64,000 nucleotides of DNA from an uncultured Gammaproteobacteria bacterium (GCA_964547465.1 CAZJNI010000003.1:21334-85333), one strand, 5' to 3'. Counted from the stretch's first letter, positions 28,376 through 40,881 are shown. Program-made: numbers and translations. The notes: generated from the sequence alone by a model not told the origin.

Positions 28376-29553
28376 AATTTTTGTATATCACTTTTATTTA
28401 ATAATAAATGCTCGATTACTCCTTCCAAAAATCTGGCCCCTTTGAAAAGAATAGTCTCTCCCCCGCTAATATTTTCTAAAAGATAATCCAAAACTTCTTT
28501 TGGTGTCTCAAACCTGACTGAAGGTTTCAATTTTGGATAAGTATACTTTGAAACTCTTGGACCCATTAGAATAATTTTCTCAAAATCATATTTTGCAATA
28601 ACCTCTACAAGCTTTTCATGTTCCGGCCGCTCCTCACTTCCTTGTTCTAACATGTCCCCCAATACCACCCATTTTTTATTTGCAGGAATTTTATTAAACA
28701 TATTTAAAATTACAGTCATAGAAGAAAGATTAGCATTATAAGAGCTGTCAATAAGAGTGGTATTTTTTATTCCTTCAAAAACAGAACTTCGCCCCGGGGG
28801 TAGGACGAATTTAGAGAAAGATTGATCTATAGATAAATTCAGGTACTCTAAAACTTTTAAGGCAGCCATAATCTGATAGAAAGATTCTTGAGGTAAAAGA
28901 CAGTCAAGATGATAATTTTTATTATCTATTCTAAATTCAGTTGAATTTTTATTAAGTGTATATTTTTGCAAATGTCCTGCCCGAGTAATCTGTATAACTT
29001 TTACATTGGTTCTGGAAAGCTGTTTTTTGATAAGAGGTAAATCGCCATTTATAATTGCCAGATTTTTAGTATTTTCTAAAAAGTAGCCAAACTCAAAAGC
29101 AATGTTTTCTTCAATAGGTTTTTCAAAATTCATACTGTGGGTTTTGCCACTATTTATCCAAATTGTTGTGTCCGGTTTTAGAAAAGTTGCCAGAAATTTT
29201 CCCTCTTTTGGTCTATCACAATCAGCCTCAACTATATATAAATTTTCTTTATATGGTTTTTTAAAAGCCCTAAAAGGTGCGGCCAAAAATAAATATGGCC
29301 ACTCCCCTATCATTAAAGTTTTTCTGGAAAGACCCAGAATATCAAAAGGTATTCCATATGAAGAGTTGGCATGATGGGAATATCTGGCACTTTCTCCAAT
29401 TTGTGATTCCAGTAGATGCAACAGGGTTGTTTTAGCATTAGAACCTGTAATAACAATTATTTTTGGTTTCCATAAAAGTAGCTGGATTTGGGCAAAAATC
29501 CTAAAATAATAAGCTATTGGAAAATATAAAATACGCTTAATTTTACTTATCAT
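28324..29553 (-). CDS. murF: Mur ligase family, MurF-like (UDP-MurNAc-tripeptide--D-Ala-D-Ala ligase)
   Basis: IIVITGSNAKTT nucleotide-binding loop, DSSYNANLSSM (MurF DSYNANP motif), C-terminal VVLGDMLEQGSE. Confidence 0.6.
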   Translation of the reverse strand: MISKIKRILYFPIAYYFRIFAQIQLLLWKPKIIVITGSNAKTTLLHLLESQIGESARYSHHANSSYGIPFDILGLSRKTLMIGEWPYLFLAAPFRAFKKPYKENLYIVEADCDRPKEGKFLATFLKPDTTIWINSGKTHSMNFEKPIEENIAFEFGYFLENTKNLAIINGDLPLIKKQLSRTNVKVIQITRAGHLQKYTLNKNSTEFRIDNKNYHLDCLLPQESFYQIMAALKVLEYLNLSIDQSFSKFVLPPGRSSVFEGIKNTTLIDSSYNANLSSMTVILNMFNKIPANKKWVVLGDMLEQGSEERPEHEKLVEVIAKYDFEKIILMGPRVSKYTYPKLKPSVRFETPKEVLDYLLENISGGETILFKGARFLEGVIEHLLLNKSDIQKLCRRELVWQRRREQWGL

Positions 29554-30920
29554 CCAAAAACTTTCTGAACAGCTAGATTAAATTTTCTGCCCCTGTCAAA
29601 CTCATTTTGAAACAGGTTAAATGAAGTTGCTGCCGGTGAAAAAAGGATTACATTCCCTGATTGGACTTCAGATTTAACATCAGTTAACAACTGTTCCAAA
29701 TTATTGTAAGGCCCATGAATTTTGAGATTGCTACGCTTCGCTCGCAATGACGAGGTAATAGTATCTGTTGCATCACCTTCCAAGAAAAAAACCTTATTGA
29801 CAAATTTATGCACGATCGTTACATATTTTGTATACTCCATTTTCTTATTCATTCCTCCGCAGATAAGAATCAAACACCCCAGGGGTGACTTTAGATTGCC
29901 ACCTAAGGTTTTTATGGCTTGGATTGATGCTTCCGGGCTGGTGGCTACGGTGTCATTATAAATTTTTACCCCATTCCATGTTTTTATAAGTTCTATCCTA
30001 AAAGGTACTCCTTTAAAATTGGCCATCGTTTGCAATGTCTGATCTTGCGATATATTAAAAACCCTTGCCACCGCCAAAGCAGCTGCCATGTTCTCAAGAT
30101 TATGATCTCCCATCAAATGTGGATGGAATTTTTTTGGCAAGTCCACTTTAGAGAAATAAATTATTCGTCCTTTAAAATCCTTGGTAAAATTCACTTTTGC
30201 GGTGATTGGATCATTTTTTCTTAGGAAAAGGAAGCCTTGCGCAGTCTGGTACTTACCAATAATTCTTTTGGCAGAGAGATATTCATTCATGGTGGAATAA
30301 TAATTAAGGTGATCCGGAGTAATATTGGTGATAACTGACCATCTTGGGGAAACCTTATGTTGATCAAAAGCTTCCAGTTGGAAAGAGGATATTTCTAAAA
30401 CTATTAGTGTGTCTTGTTTAATATCTGGAATAACGTCTAGGACACTTTTCCCAATATTGCCTGCAAGAATTATATTCCCTTCATGTTCACCTAACCCATG
30501 CCGGGTATGGGATGAGTTGACATGCAAGGATGCCTTAAGGATCTTATAAATTAATGTTGCTGTGGTAGATTTTCCTTTGGTACCTGTTACTCCAATAATT
30601 TGTGAAGGATTAACATATTCCAAAAATATTCCCATATCCATTTCCACTTTCTTCCCAATTTTGGTGGCGTACTCAATATATGGGTTATTAGGTTTTACTG
30701 CCGGATTTTTAATAATTAAATCTGCCCAATCAATATCCTCGTATCTGTGCTCACCTAGTGTGTAGCTAATGGAAAAATCTTTTAATTGATCAAGTGAGAG
30801 TTTTAAAATGCTCCCAGATTTTAGATCTGTAACTTTAACCTCCATACCTTTTTGGGCAAAATATTTAGCAGATCCAACCCCACCTTGATTAAGCCCTAAA
30901 CCAAAGATTAATACTCTCAT
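29550..30920 (-). CDS. murD: UDP-N-acetylmuramoylalanine--D-glutamate ligase
   Basis: N-terminal Rossmann region MRVLIFGLGLNQGGVGSAKYFAQKGMEVKVTD, and GVTGTKGKSTT. 456 aa. Confidence 0.8.
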   Translation of the reverse strand: MRVLIFGLGLNQGGVGSAKYFAQKGMEVKVTDLKSGSILKLSLDQLKDFSISYTLGEHRYEDIDWADLIIKNPAVKPNNPYIEYATKIGKKVEMDMGIFLEYVNPSQIIGVTGTKGKSTTATLIYKILKASLHVNSSHTRHGLGEHEGNIILAGNIGKSVLDVIPDIKQDTLIVLEISSFQLEAFDQHKVSPRWSVITNITPDHLNYYSTMNEYLSAKRIIGKYQTAQGFLFLRKNDPITAKVNFTKDFKGRIIYFSKVDLPKKFHPHLMGDHNLENMAAALAVARVFNISQDQTLQTMANFKGVPFRIELIKTWNGVKIYNDTVATSPEASIQAIKTLGGNLKSPLGCLILICGGMNKKMEYTKYVTIVHKFVNKVFFLEGDATDTITSSLRAKRSNLKIHGPYNNLEQLLTDVKSEVQSGNVILFSPAATSFNLFQNEFDRGRKFNLAVQKVFG

Positions 30921-30957
30921 ATTGTGGTATTATATCTTTTTCTGGCCCGTTTTTCTT

Positions 30958-31764
30958 ATGAATAATGCTCCTATTGGAATATTTGACTCTGGTATTGGTG
31001 GTTTAACAGTTGCAAAAGAAATTATAAGAACACTACCTCATGAAAGTATAATTTATATCGGAGATACAGCCAGAGTGCCATATGGGCCCAGGAGTAAAGA
31101 AGTAGTCACCAAATTTGCCCTTGAAATGACAAATTTCTTGCTCAAGAAAAAAATTAAAGCTTTGATTATTGCCTGTAATACAATTTCCGGGCTTTGCTAT
31201 GATGAGATTAAAAAGGTAGCTTTTCCGGTTATTACTTTAGGTGTTATTAAACCTGCTGTTAGGAAAGCTATTGCGACTACTAAAAATGAAAAGATTGGAG
31301 TGATTGGTACACTGGGTACAATCAAAAGTAGATCTTATCAAAAGATGCTTAAATTTTATAACTCTGATGCCCAAATTATAGCCTCTGCCTGTCCTTTGTT
31401 TGTACCAATGGCAGAAGAAGGGTTAAATAATCATGAGGCCACGAAATTAATAGCGCAAGATTACTTGCAGGAATTTATTGATAAGGGAGTAGATACACTG
31501 ATTTTAGGATGTACACATTATCCTCTATTGTATGATGCTATCAAAAAGACTGTGGGAGATGAAATGACTTTAGTAGACTCTGCAGAGCCAACTGCCCAAA
31601 TGTTAAAGGAAAGATTGGAAGAGGTAGATCTTTTAAGTGATAATCCAAATCCAGAGTATGAGTTTTATGTTACTGATGCACCTGAACGGGTGAAAAAAGT
31701 AGCTGGCAGATTTTTTGGAGAAAAATTAAATGGTAAATTAAAAAAAGTTAGTCTTGAGGATTAA
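30958..31764 (+). CDS. murI: glutamate racemase (track ORF starts at 30922; Met at 30958 is more plausible)
   Basis: PIGIFDSGIGGLTV, VPYGPRS, IIACNTISG, ILGCTHYPLL. Both catalytic Cys contexts are present. Confidence 0.85.
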   Translation: MNNAPIGIFDSGIGGLTVAKEIIRTLPHESIIYIGDTARVPYGPRSKEVVTKFALEMTNFLLKKKIKALIIACNTISGLCYDEIKKVAFPVITLGVIKPAVRKAIATTKNEKIGVIGTLGTIKSRSYQKMLKFYNSDAQIIASACPLFVPMAEEGLNNHEATKLIAQDYLQEFIDKGVDTLILGCTHYPLLYDAIKKTVGDEMTLVDSAEPTAQMLKERLEEVDLLSDNPNPEYEFYVTDAPERVKKVAGRFFGEKLNGKLKKVSLED

Positions 31765-33097
31765 CTAATTCCTTAGCTAATTTATCAGTGTCCCCTGCGC
31801 TCATAAAAAAGAGGATATCCCCGGATTTTATTTCTGGTTTTAATTTTTCTAAAGTTTCATTTGCAGATCCGATGTAAACTACAGAATTTTTACCAATTGT
31901 TTCCACAAGCTCTTTACTGGAAACCAAACCAGTATCTATTTCGCGAGATGGATAAATATCCATAATATATGTTTTATCTGCCGGAATATTTTTAAAAACT
32001 TTGACAAAATCATCAAATAAATATTTAGTCCTTGAAAACATATGAGGTTGGTAAACCAAGAGGATTCTGGTATGCGGGAACTTTTCCCTGACCGCCTCCA
32101 TGGTAACTTTAATTTCAGTTGGATGATGGCCAAAATCAGAATATACTTTTGCTCCCCTGTATTCTCCAATATACTCAAATCTTCTATTTACCCCTGTATA
32201 ATCGGAAAGACTTTTTTTAATGATGTTTGGATCAATTCCCAAAAGCAAACCAACCTGCATTGCTGCTTGGGCGTTTAATTTGTTAAATTCCCCGGGTATT
32301 TTAAGTGGAAAACTTAATTTATTCCTGGAGTAGTCTAAGTACTGGACAAATTTATTACGATCGTGATACTTTTGTCTAGGAGTTTTCATAACATCTTTTA
32401 CCAATTCTGCAACGTTTTTATCTAAAAGATTGGCCACAATTGTTTCTCTGGTCTGAAGTAAAAACTTTTCAAAAGAATCTAAATATGTATTTAAATCTCT
32501 AAAGTATTCAGGATGATCCATCTCGATGTTAGTTACAACACAAATATCGGGCTTAAAGTGCAAAAAGTTATCATTAAATTCATCTGCTTCCACCACGAAA
32601 TATTTGCCTTTCCCGACTCTGTAGTTAGCATTCCATTTTGGGTGTATTGCTCCCAGTAAAACAGTTGGATTTAAGTTTGCATCCTCCAGGACTTGGGCAA
32701 TCATGGCAGTGGTGGTTGTTTTACCATGAGTTCCGCAGATAGCTATGACAAATTCTTCCTTGGTTAAATACTTTCCTACAAACTGCTGCCAGGTCATTAC
32801 CGGGATATTATTTCTTTTTGCTTCCAGTAGTTCTGGATTATTTGGATCTAGCGAAAAAATTGCCGGGGTGACTGCAAGTATTTGGACACCCCAGGGGTGG
32901 AATCCTATTGACACCCCAGGAAGTTTGGCTAAATGTTTTGGATTGTGGCCATTGAAGAGTTGATTTGGCTGGAAAATAGTTGTAAATTCATTATTAACTT
33001 CTAAATCACAACCGGTAACTTCAAACCCTTGGGCTTGGGCTAGCGCAGCTGCAGCTGATGCCCCAGATCCCCCTATTCCCAAAAAATGTACCTTCAT
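31748..33097 (-). CDS. murC: UDP-N-acetylmuramate--L-alanine ligase
   Basis: MKVHFLGIGGSGASAAA...GFEVTGCD and AICGTHGKTTTTAMIA. 449 aa. Confidence 0.85.
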   Translation of the reverse strand: MKVHFLGIGGSGASAAAALAQAQGFEVTGCDLEVNNEFTTIFQPNQLFNGHNPKHLAKLPGVSIGFHPWGVQILAVTPAIFSLDPNNPELLEAKRNNIPVMTWQQFVGKYLTKEEFVIAICGTHGKTTTTAMIAQVLEDANLNPTVLLGAIHPKWNANYRVGKGKYFVVEADEFNDNFLHFKPDICVVTNIEMDHPEYFRDLNTYLDSFEKFLLQTRETIVANLLDKNVAELVKDVMKTPRQKYHDRNKFVQYLDYSRNKLSFPLKIPGEFNKLNAQAAMQVGLLLGIDPNIIKKSLSDYTGVNRRFEYIGEYRGAKVYSDFGHHPTEIKVTMEAVREKFPHTRILLVYQPHMFSRTKYLFDDFVKVFKNIPADKTYIMDIYPSREIDTGLVSSKELVETIGKNSVVYIGSANETLEKLKPEIKSGDILFFMSAGDTDKLAKELVNPQD

Positions 33098-33191
33098 TTG
33101 GATATTATATGATTTTTACAAGGACAATGCGAAAAGCAGAAAAGTCCTTATGTATCTATTCAACACACACCCGGTGTGGGTTAGTCACTAT

Positions 33192-33497
33192 TTATCCCAA
33201 TTTATCCCAGGGACTTGGTGGAGGGTTTTGTTGCAATAAGCCAGTTGCTTCTTCTTTGTTAAGAACTCTCCAGGTTAAATTGAGGAAATTTTCTGGGAGC
33301 ATATATGCGCGCGTAGCGCCAATAAAACCGAGTACAAAATCCACATCCTTAAAGAATTTAATTACATTATCACCTTCCAGGTAACCTATCTCTCCATCTT
33401 CGTATTGATAAATTAATCTTACTACCCCCCCCTTGCCTGCAGCTGGTCTCATTTCTTTATGATTTACAAATCTACCAATTTGATCTTGTTCTGGCAT
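33192..33497 (-). CDS. small hypothetical protein
   Basis: 101-aa ORF with no motifs recognised. Confidence 0.3.
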   Translation of the reverse strand: MPEQDQIGRFVNHKEMRPAAGKGGVVRLIYQYEDGEIGYLEGDNVIKFFKDVDFVLGFIGATRAYMLPENFLNLTWRVLNKEEATGLLQQNPPPSPWDKLG

Positions 33498-33535
33498 AAA
33501 TTTATCTTAATCAGTGGATATTACTCAAAATGATT

Positions 33536-35488
<1,953 letters not shown>

Positions 35489-35499
35489 TTATTCTAACA

Positions 35500-36180
35500 C
35501 TATTTTTGAGGCATGACCAGCATTAAATACTCCAAAATTGCCCTGATATTAACATTTTGTTTCTGCCACTCCTCTGCTTGCAAAAGTTCTTTTAAAAAAG
35601 TTTCAATTTCTTTTAAGGGAACATTTTGAGCGATCGCATTTTTTGTTTCCTTTCTGTACTCCAGCAAAGCTGTATGGAATGATTGAGATAAAGATTGTAA
35701 AAACTCTTCCCTATCTTTTAATTTTTCAACATACTCAAACCTTTCAGCGATACTGGAATTTAATAATTTTTCTATATGTGCTGAAAAACCTGGTATGTCA
35801 ATGTATCCCATACCGGGCATGGGTAAAAGGATGATCTGGCAGCGGGATAAAACTGTTGGTAAAAAGGATGCATCTGAACTGGCACATAAAATAAATAAAG
35901 CCTCTTTAGGTAATTCTTCCAAAGTTTTTAAAAGCGCATTTTGGGCCTCGCTTGTGAGAGCTGATGCATCTTCTAAGACCACTACCCTACCTTTAGCGGA
36001 ATATGGTTTAAGGGAAAAAAACTCCTTTATTTTTCTTGCCTCCGCAATACCCAGTTTGGAAGTATAAGGGAAATAAAGGAGATCAGGATGATTAAGGGTA
36101 AGTTTATGGCTAACTAAAATTTTATCTATCTCTTCTTTCCTTCTTTCTAAAGCCGCTGAAATTAAAAGCCTTGCAATCAT
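35500..36180 (-). CDS. holB: DNA polymerase III delta-prime-like clamp-loader subunit (short form)
   Basis: Sensor-2 motif TVLSRCQIILLP, and ALFILCASSDASFLP resembling the delta-prime SRC motif. N-terminal Walker region is absent or short. Confidence 0.55.
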   Translation of the reverse strand: MIARLLISAALERRKEEIDKILVSHKLTLNHPDLLYFPYTSKLGIAEARKIKEFFSLKPYSAKGRVVVLEDASALTSEAQNALLKTLEELPKEALFILCASSDASFLPTVLSRCQIILLPMPGMGYIDIPGFSAHIEKLLNSSIAERFEYVEKLKDREEFLQSLSQSFHTALLEYRKETKNAIAQNVPLKEIETFLKELLQAEEWQKQNVNIRAILEYLMLVMPQK

Positions 36181-36205
36181 GGGCCAATTTTAACATAATG
36201 AAAGT

Positions 36206-37918
36206 ATGCCCAATACAACTGTCCAACCAAGCAGCACAATTGAAGATATTCTTTTTAGGGAAGGTTTGCTAACTCCAGACCAACTTTCTACTGTGAAGCT
36301 GGAAAGTATAAATTCAGGTCAGCCTATTGATAAAATTTTAATCCAGCATAATCTTGTTCCAATAGAAAAAATTACTCAAGCTAAAGCCCAACTTTTAAAT
36401 GTGCCTTTTGTAAAAATGGAAGGTAGGGCTATTTCAACAGATATCCTAAATCTAATACCTGAAGCTGCAGCCCGCCGTTATACCATTATCCCTTTTGAGA
36501 AAAATAATGATGAACTTATGGTGGCAATGGCAGACCCTTTGGATATTCAAATAATTCAATTTATAGAGAAAAGATCCGGAAAAAGAGTTAAGCCTTTTCT
36601 GGCCCTGCCTGAAGATGTTTTAAAAGCAATTGGTGATCAGTATGCTCAAAATTTAACTTCCGAGGTAACCTCTGCCTTACAAGAAGTGCAGGATGTTAAA
36701 CCGGAAGCACAACTTGAAACAGGGCCGGAAATTATCAGAGAAGCTCCGGTTTCCAATATTGTTACCCAGCTTATGGAATATGCTGTTAAAACCAGAGCTT
36801 CTGATATTCATATCGAGCCTCAAGAGGATCGGACCAGAGTCAGATACAGAATTGATGGAATTTTACATGAGAAAATTCTTCTACCCAAAGGTGTACATGA
36901 TGCGGTCATCTCCAGGATAAAAATCCTGTCCAATTTAAAAATAGATGAAAAAAGGCTGCCACAAGATGGCAGGTTTACTTTTCGCTTTGGCCAAAACGAA
37001 GTTGACCTTCGTGTATCTACAGTCCCAACAGTTTTCGGAGAAAAAGTGGTACTGCGGCTTTTACCAAAATCCTCTGCTGCTCCAACTTTAATAGAGTTAG
37101 GTTTAAGGGGGGTTTCGCTCAAGAGTTTTGAGTCTCAACTTTTAAGAACACATGGAGTTATTTTAGTTTGTGGTCCTACAGGTTCAGGAAAAACCACCAC
37201 CCTTTATTCTGTTTTGACAAAAATCTCAACGACTAGGGTTAATGTGGTGACAGTTGAAGATCCTGTTGAGTATCAGATTCCCGGGGTTAATCAGGTTCAG
37301 GTAAATCCACAAGTCGGACTTACCTTTGCGTCAGCCTTAAGGTCTTTTTTAAGGCAGGATCCGAATATAATCATGGTTGGTGAGGTGCGGGATACAGAGA
37401 CTGCTGATTTGGCTATTCAGGCTGCGCTAACAGGTCACCAGGTTTTTTCCACCCTTCATACTAATTCAGCTGCAGGCGCACCTCCCAGGCTTTTGGATAT
37501 GGGTGTTGAACCATTTCTTCTAACATCAGCCTTAAATGCAGTTTTAGGACAAAGGGTGGTAAGGAAAATCTGCCCTAAATGCAGGGTTGAATTTGGTGCG
37601 CCGCCAGAGGTTTTGGAAAATATAAAGTCAGTTTTGGGAAGACTCACTCCCCGCTCGGAGCAAGCAGGTATGAAATTATATAAAGGTCAAGGCTGTAATT
37701 TTTGTGGACATACCGGATATTTGGGCAGAATTGGTATCTTTGAGGCTTTGGTAATGAGCGATACTATTGCAAAATTAGTTTTAGAGCACGCCTCTTCTAA
37801 TTCAATTGAACAAAAAGCTATTGAAGAAGGAATGATCACTATGAAACAGGATGGATATTTGAAAGTTTTGGAAGGCATTACGACCTTGGAGGAGGTATTG
37901 AGAGTAGCACAAGACTAA
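36206..37918 (+). CDS. pilB: type IV pilus assembly ATPase PilB (GspE family)
   Basis: Walker A VLVCGPTGSGKTTT, Asp box and His box regions, tetracysteine motif CPKC...CNFCGHTGY. Confidence 0.85.
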   Translation: MPNTTVQPSSTIEDILFREGLLTPDQLSTVKLESINSGQPIDKILIQHNLVPIEKITQAKAQLLNVPFVKMEGRAISTDILNLIPEAAARRYTIIPFEKNNDELMVAMADPLDIQIIQFIEKRSGKRVKPFLALPEDVLKAIGDQYAQNLTSEVTSALQEVQDVKPEAQLETGPEIIREAPVSNIVTQLMEYAVKTRASDIHIEPQEDRTRVRYRIDGILHEKILLPKGVHDAVISRIKILSNLKIDEKRLPQDGRFTFRFGQNEVDLRVSTVPTVFGEKVVLRLLPKSSAAPTLIELGLRGVSLKSFESQLLRTHGVILVCGPTGSGKTTTLYSVLTKISTTRVNVVTVEDPVEYQIPGVNQVQVNPQVGLTFASALRSFLRQDPNIIMVGEVRDTETADLAIQAALTGHQVFSTLHTNSAAGAPPRLLDMGVEPFLLTSALNAVLGQRVVRKICPKCRVEFGAPPEVLENIKSVLGRLTPRSEQAGMKLYKGQGCNFCGHTGYLGRIGIFEALVMSDTIAKLVLEHASSNSIEQKAIEEGMITMKQDGYLKVLEGITTLEEVLRVAQD

Positions 37919-37998
37919 TAACTTGGAACTAAAGACTTAAGACAAAAAGTTTTCAGTTTTAAGTTCTTAGTTTTCAGTCCCAAGTCTTAAGTTATTTT

Positions 37999-39051
37999 AT
38001 GAATATTCAACAGCTTTTGGAACTAACCATAAATAGAAATGCCTCTGATTTGCATCTTTCTGTGGGATTTCCACCGATGATTAGGATTCATGGAGAATTG
38101 ATTCCTGTACCGGGTGAGCCAGTATTAACCCCGGAGCAGGTGGAAAGCATGAGTGCACCCCTTTTATCCGAGGCTCAACAAAATATTTTTAAGCAGTCTT
38201 TTGAGTTGGATTTCTCTTTTGAATTCGAAAATAAAGCCAGGTTTAGAGTTAATATTTACAGACAAAAAGGTTTTTCAGCTGCCTCTTTAAGACTGATTCC
38301 CTTCAGGATTCCAGAGGTGAATGAGTTAGGTTTGCCTCAATCTGTTATAAAGTTAACAGAACTTAAGCAGGGATTTGTTCTGGTGACAGGCCCAACCGGC
38401 CATGGAAAATCTACCACCCTGGCTTCCTTTATTAATAAAATTAATCACGAGAGGGCAATCCACGTAATCACAATTGAGGATCCTATAGAATATGTATATC
38501 CTCCTGCCAAAGCTTTGATAGACCAAAGGGAGATGTATAAAGATACAAGATCATGGGGAAATGCACTGCGTTCTGCACTGCGGGAGGATCCGGATGTAGT
38601 ACTGATCGGGGAAATGAGAGACTTGGAAACAATTGCCTCGGCTATGACAATTGCGGAGACAGGTCATCTGGTCTTTGCCACTCTTCATACCAATTCAGCT
38701 TCCCAATCTGTTGACAGGATTATTGATGTATTTCCGGAGATTCAGCAACCGCAAATAAGATTACAACTGGCATCAACTTTGGAAGCCATTATTTCTTTGC
38801 GGCTTATTCCCACAATTGAACCGGGCAGAATACTCGCATCAGAGGTTTTATTTGCTACTCCGGCTGTAAGAAATGTTGTCAGGGAGGCAAAATCCTATTT
38901 AATAGATAACCTGATAGAGACCTCTGCTGAATTAGGAATGCAGATTTTGGAAAGATCCCTTGCCGATTTGTTTAAAAAAGGGAAAATCAGCCAGGATACT
39001 GCTTTAAGATTTGCCCAAAGACCGGAGCTTTTGGGTAAGTTACTTAAGTAA
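37999..39051 (+). CDS. pilT: type IV pilus retraction ATPase PilT
   Basis: VLVTGPTGHGKSTT, IGEMRDLETI, and the AIRNVVREAK signature region. 350 aa. Confidence 0.85.
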   Translation: MNIQQLLELTINRNASDLHLSVGFPPMIRIHGELIPVPGEPVLTPEQVESMSAPLLSEAQQNIFKQSFELDFSFEFENKARFRVNIYRQKGFSAASLRLIPFRIPEVNELGLPQSVIKLTELKQGFVLVTGPTGHGKSTTLASFINKINHERAIHVITIEDPIEYVYPPAKALIDQREMYKDTRSWGNALRSALREDPDVVLIGEMRDLETIASAMTIAETGHLVFATLHTNSASQSVDRIIDVFPEIQQPQIRLQLASTLEAIISLRLIPTIEPGRILASEVLFATPAVRNVVREAKSYLIDNLIETSAELGMQILERSLADLFKKGKISQDTALRFAQRPELLGKLLK

Positions 39052-39061
39052 CTTAAATAGA

Positions 39062-40264
39062 ATGGCTGAATTTATATACACTGCAAAAGATTCAAAAGGA
39101 ATAGATCATATCGGCACAGTTGAAGTGCCTGACATACATTCTGCCGCAGTAATATTGCGTAAAAAAGGATTAATAGTAATTTCAGTCAAGCCTAAAGGTG
39201 TTTCTTCAATTAAATTTATCGATAAATTTTTAAACAGGGTTAGTTTTAGCGATTTAGTGGTAATTACCAGACAACTTGCCACCATGATTTCATCCGGACT
39301 GGTTTTATCTGATGCTATAGATATCCTGGAAGAGCAACAAACAAATAAAACTTTAAAAAAAGCCCTGGAGGATATATCCCAGGATATAAGAGGCGGATTA
39401 ACTCTTGCTCAAGCTTTAGGGAAATATCCAAATATTTTTCCTAAACTTTATGTAAATCTGGTTAAAAGCGGAGAAGCTTCTGGAAAGCTGGATCAAGTGC
39501 TTTTGCAAATGGCTGACGGGTTAGAAAAAGAACGGGAATTTAAAGCCAAAGTTAAAGGGGCATTAATTTATCCGGTTGTTGTTTTGGGAATGATGTTTAT
39601 TGTAATTGTTATAATGATGGTATTTGTTATTCCTAAATTAGTTGCGCTTTATCAGCAATCAACAATTGAACTGCCTCTGCCTACCAAAATTTTGATTTTT
39701 ACATCCAATTTATTTGTAAATTTCTGGTGGGCAATGATCCTGGCTTCTTTAGGATTGATATTTGGAATTAAAAGATGGAGTAAGACCCCTGAAGGAAACC
39801 TGTTACTGGGTAAATTAACATTGAAGCTACCAATTGTCGGCAAAGTTATTACTAATGTAACCTTAACCAATTTTAACCGTACTTTTGGTCTTCTCACCTC
39901 GGCAGGTATTCCTCTTTTGGAATCTATAGGGATTGTTTCTGATTTAACAGATAATCCTGTTTTTAAAAATGCATTGAAAGAATCTTACAACGGTGTTGAA
40001 AAAGGACTGCCTTTCTCCTCCCTTTTAACTGCCAATGTTTTCCCAAAAATCGTCAGTCAGATGATTAAAGTTGGTGAAGAAACAGGTAAGGTAGATGAAA
40101 TATTTTTTAAGCTGGCTGATTATTTTGAATCAGAATCAGATCATCTGATTAAAAACCTGACAGTTGCGATAGAACCAATTATTTTGATTATTTTAGGAAT
40201 TGGTGTAGCATTTTTAGTTATATCAATCATTTTGCCAATATACAAGTTGACAACATCTTTTTAG
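39062..40264 (+). CDS. pilC: type IV pilus platform protein PilC (GspF family)
   Basis: Two GspF-like repeats with three TM helices. The start is taken at MAEFIYT (39062) to avoid overlap with pilT. Confidence 0.75.
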   Translation: MAEFIYTAKDSKGIDHIGTVEVPDIHSAAVILRKKGLIVISVKPKGVSSIKFIDKFLNRVSFSDLVVITRQLATMISSGLVLSDAIDILEEQQTNKTLKKALEDISQDIRGGLTLAQALGKYPNIFPKLYVNLVKSGEASGKLDQVLLQMADGLEKEREFKAKVKGALIYPVVVLGMMFIVIVIMMVFVIPKLVALYQQSTIELPLPTKILIFTSNLFVNFWWAMILASLGLIFGIKRWSKTPEGNLLLGKLTLKLPIVGKVITNVTLTNFNRTFGLLTSAGIPLLESIGIVSDLTDNPVFKNALKESYNGVEKGLPFSSLLTANVFPKIVSQMIKVGEETGKVDEIFFKLADYFESESDHLIKNLTVAIEPIILIILGIGVAFLVISIILPIYKLTTSF

Positions 40265-40309
40265 TGTGAATACAATGGAGTAGTTGCAAAAAATATTTTT
40301 TGAAAGGGG

Positions 40310-40876
40310 GTGAATATTTTGATAAAATCTGCTCACAAAGGTTTTACTTTGGTTGAACTTTTGGTAGTTATCGCAATTGTTGCAATTTTAGCAGCAGTTG
40401 TGGTTTTAATTATTAATCCTTTGGAATTAACAAGAAGAGGTAGAGATGCTGCAAGACTTTCAGATCTTGCTAATTTGCAAAATGCCATTAACGTAGCAGT
40501 GCAGGAGGCAACAGGTGCCGGTGCAGAGGGAGTTCTATGTAATGGTGGTACTTATCCCTGTGGTGGAAAAAGCAATGCAGGATCAAGAGCTGCAGATGGT
40601 AGTGGATGGGTAACAGTAAATTTATCCGGTCAACAAAGTGTATCAGTTCCAACTCTGCCGGTTGATCCGGTCAATGATGCGACTTTGCATTATGCTTATT
40701 GCGCAAACAATGACGCCTGGGAAATTAATGCTGTTTTGGAATCGGTTCAGCAAAAAAACAAAATGGCAACTGATGGTGGGGATGAGAATGCAACTGATAA
40801 CACCGGTCGTTTTGAAGTTGGTTCTAATCTAGGTCTGCTTACTGATTCAAGTACAGCACCCTGTGCGTACAATTGA
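40310..40876 (+). CDS. type IV (major) pilin
   Basis: Class III leader MNILIKSAHKG then FTLVELLVVIAIVAILAAVV. Cys pair near the C-terminus. Confidence 0.75.
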   Translation: MNILIKSAHKGFTLVELLVVIAIVAILAAVVVLIINPLELTRRGRDAARLSDLANLQNAINVAVQEATGAGAEGVLCNGGTYPCGGKSNAGSRAADGSGWVTVNLSGQQSVSVPTLPVDPVNDATLHYAYCANNDAWEINAVLESVQQKNKMATDGGDENATDNTGRFEVGSNLGLLTDSSTAPCAYN

Positions 40877-40881
40877 TTTAG

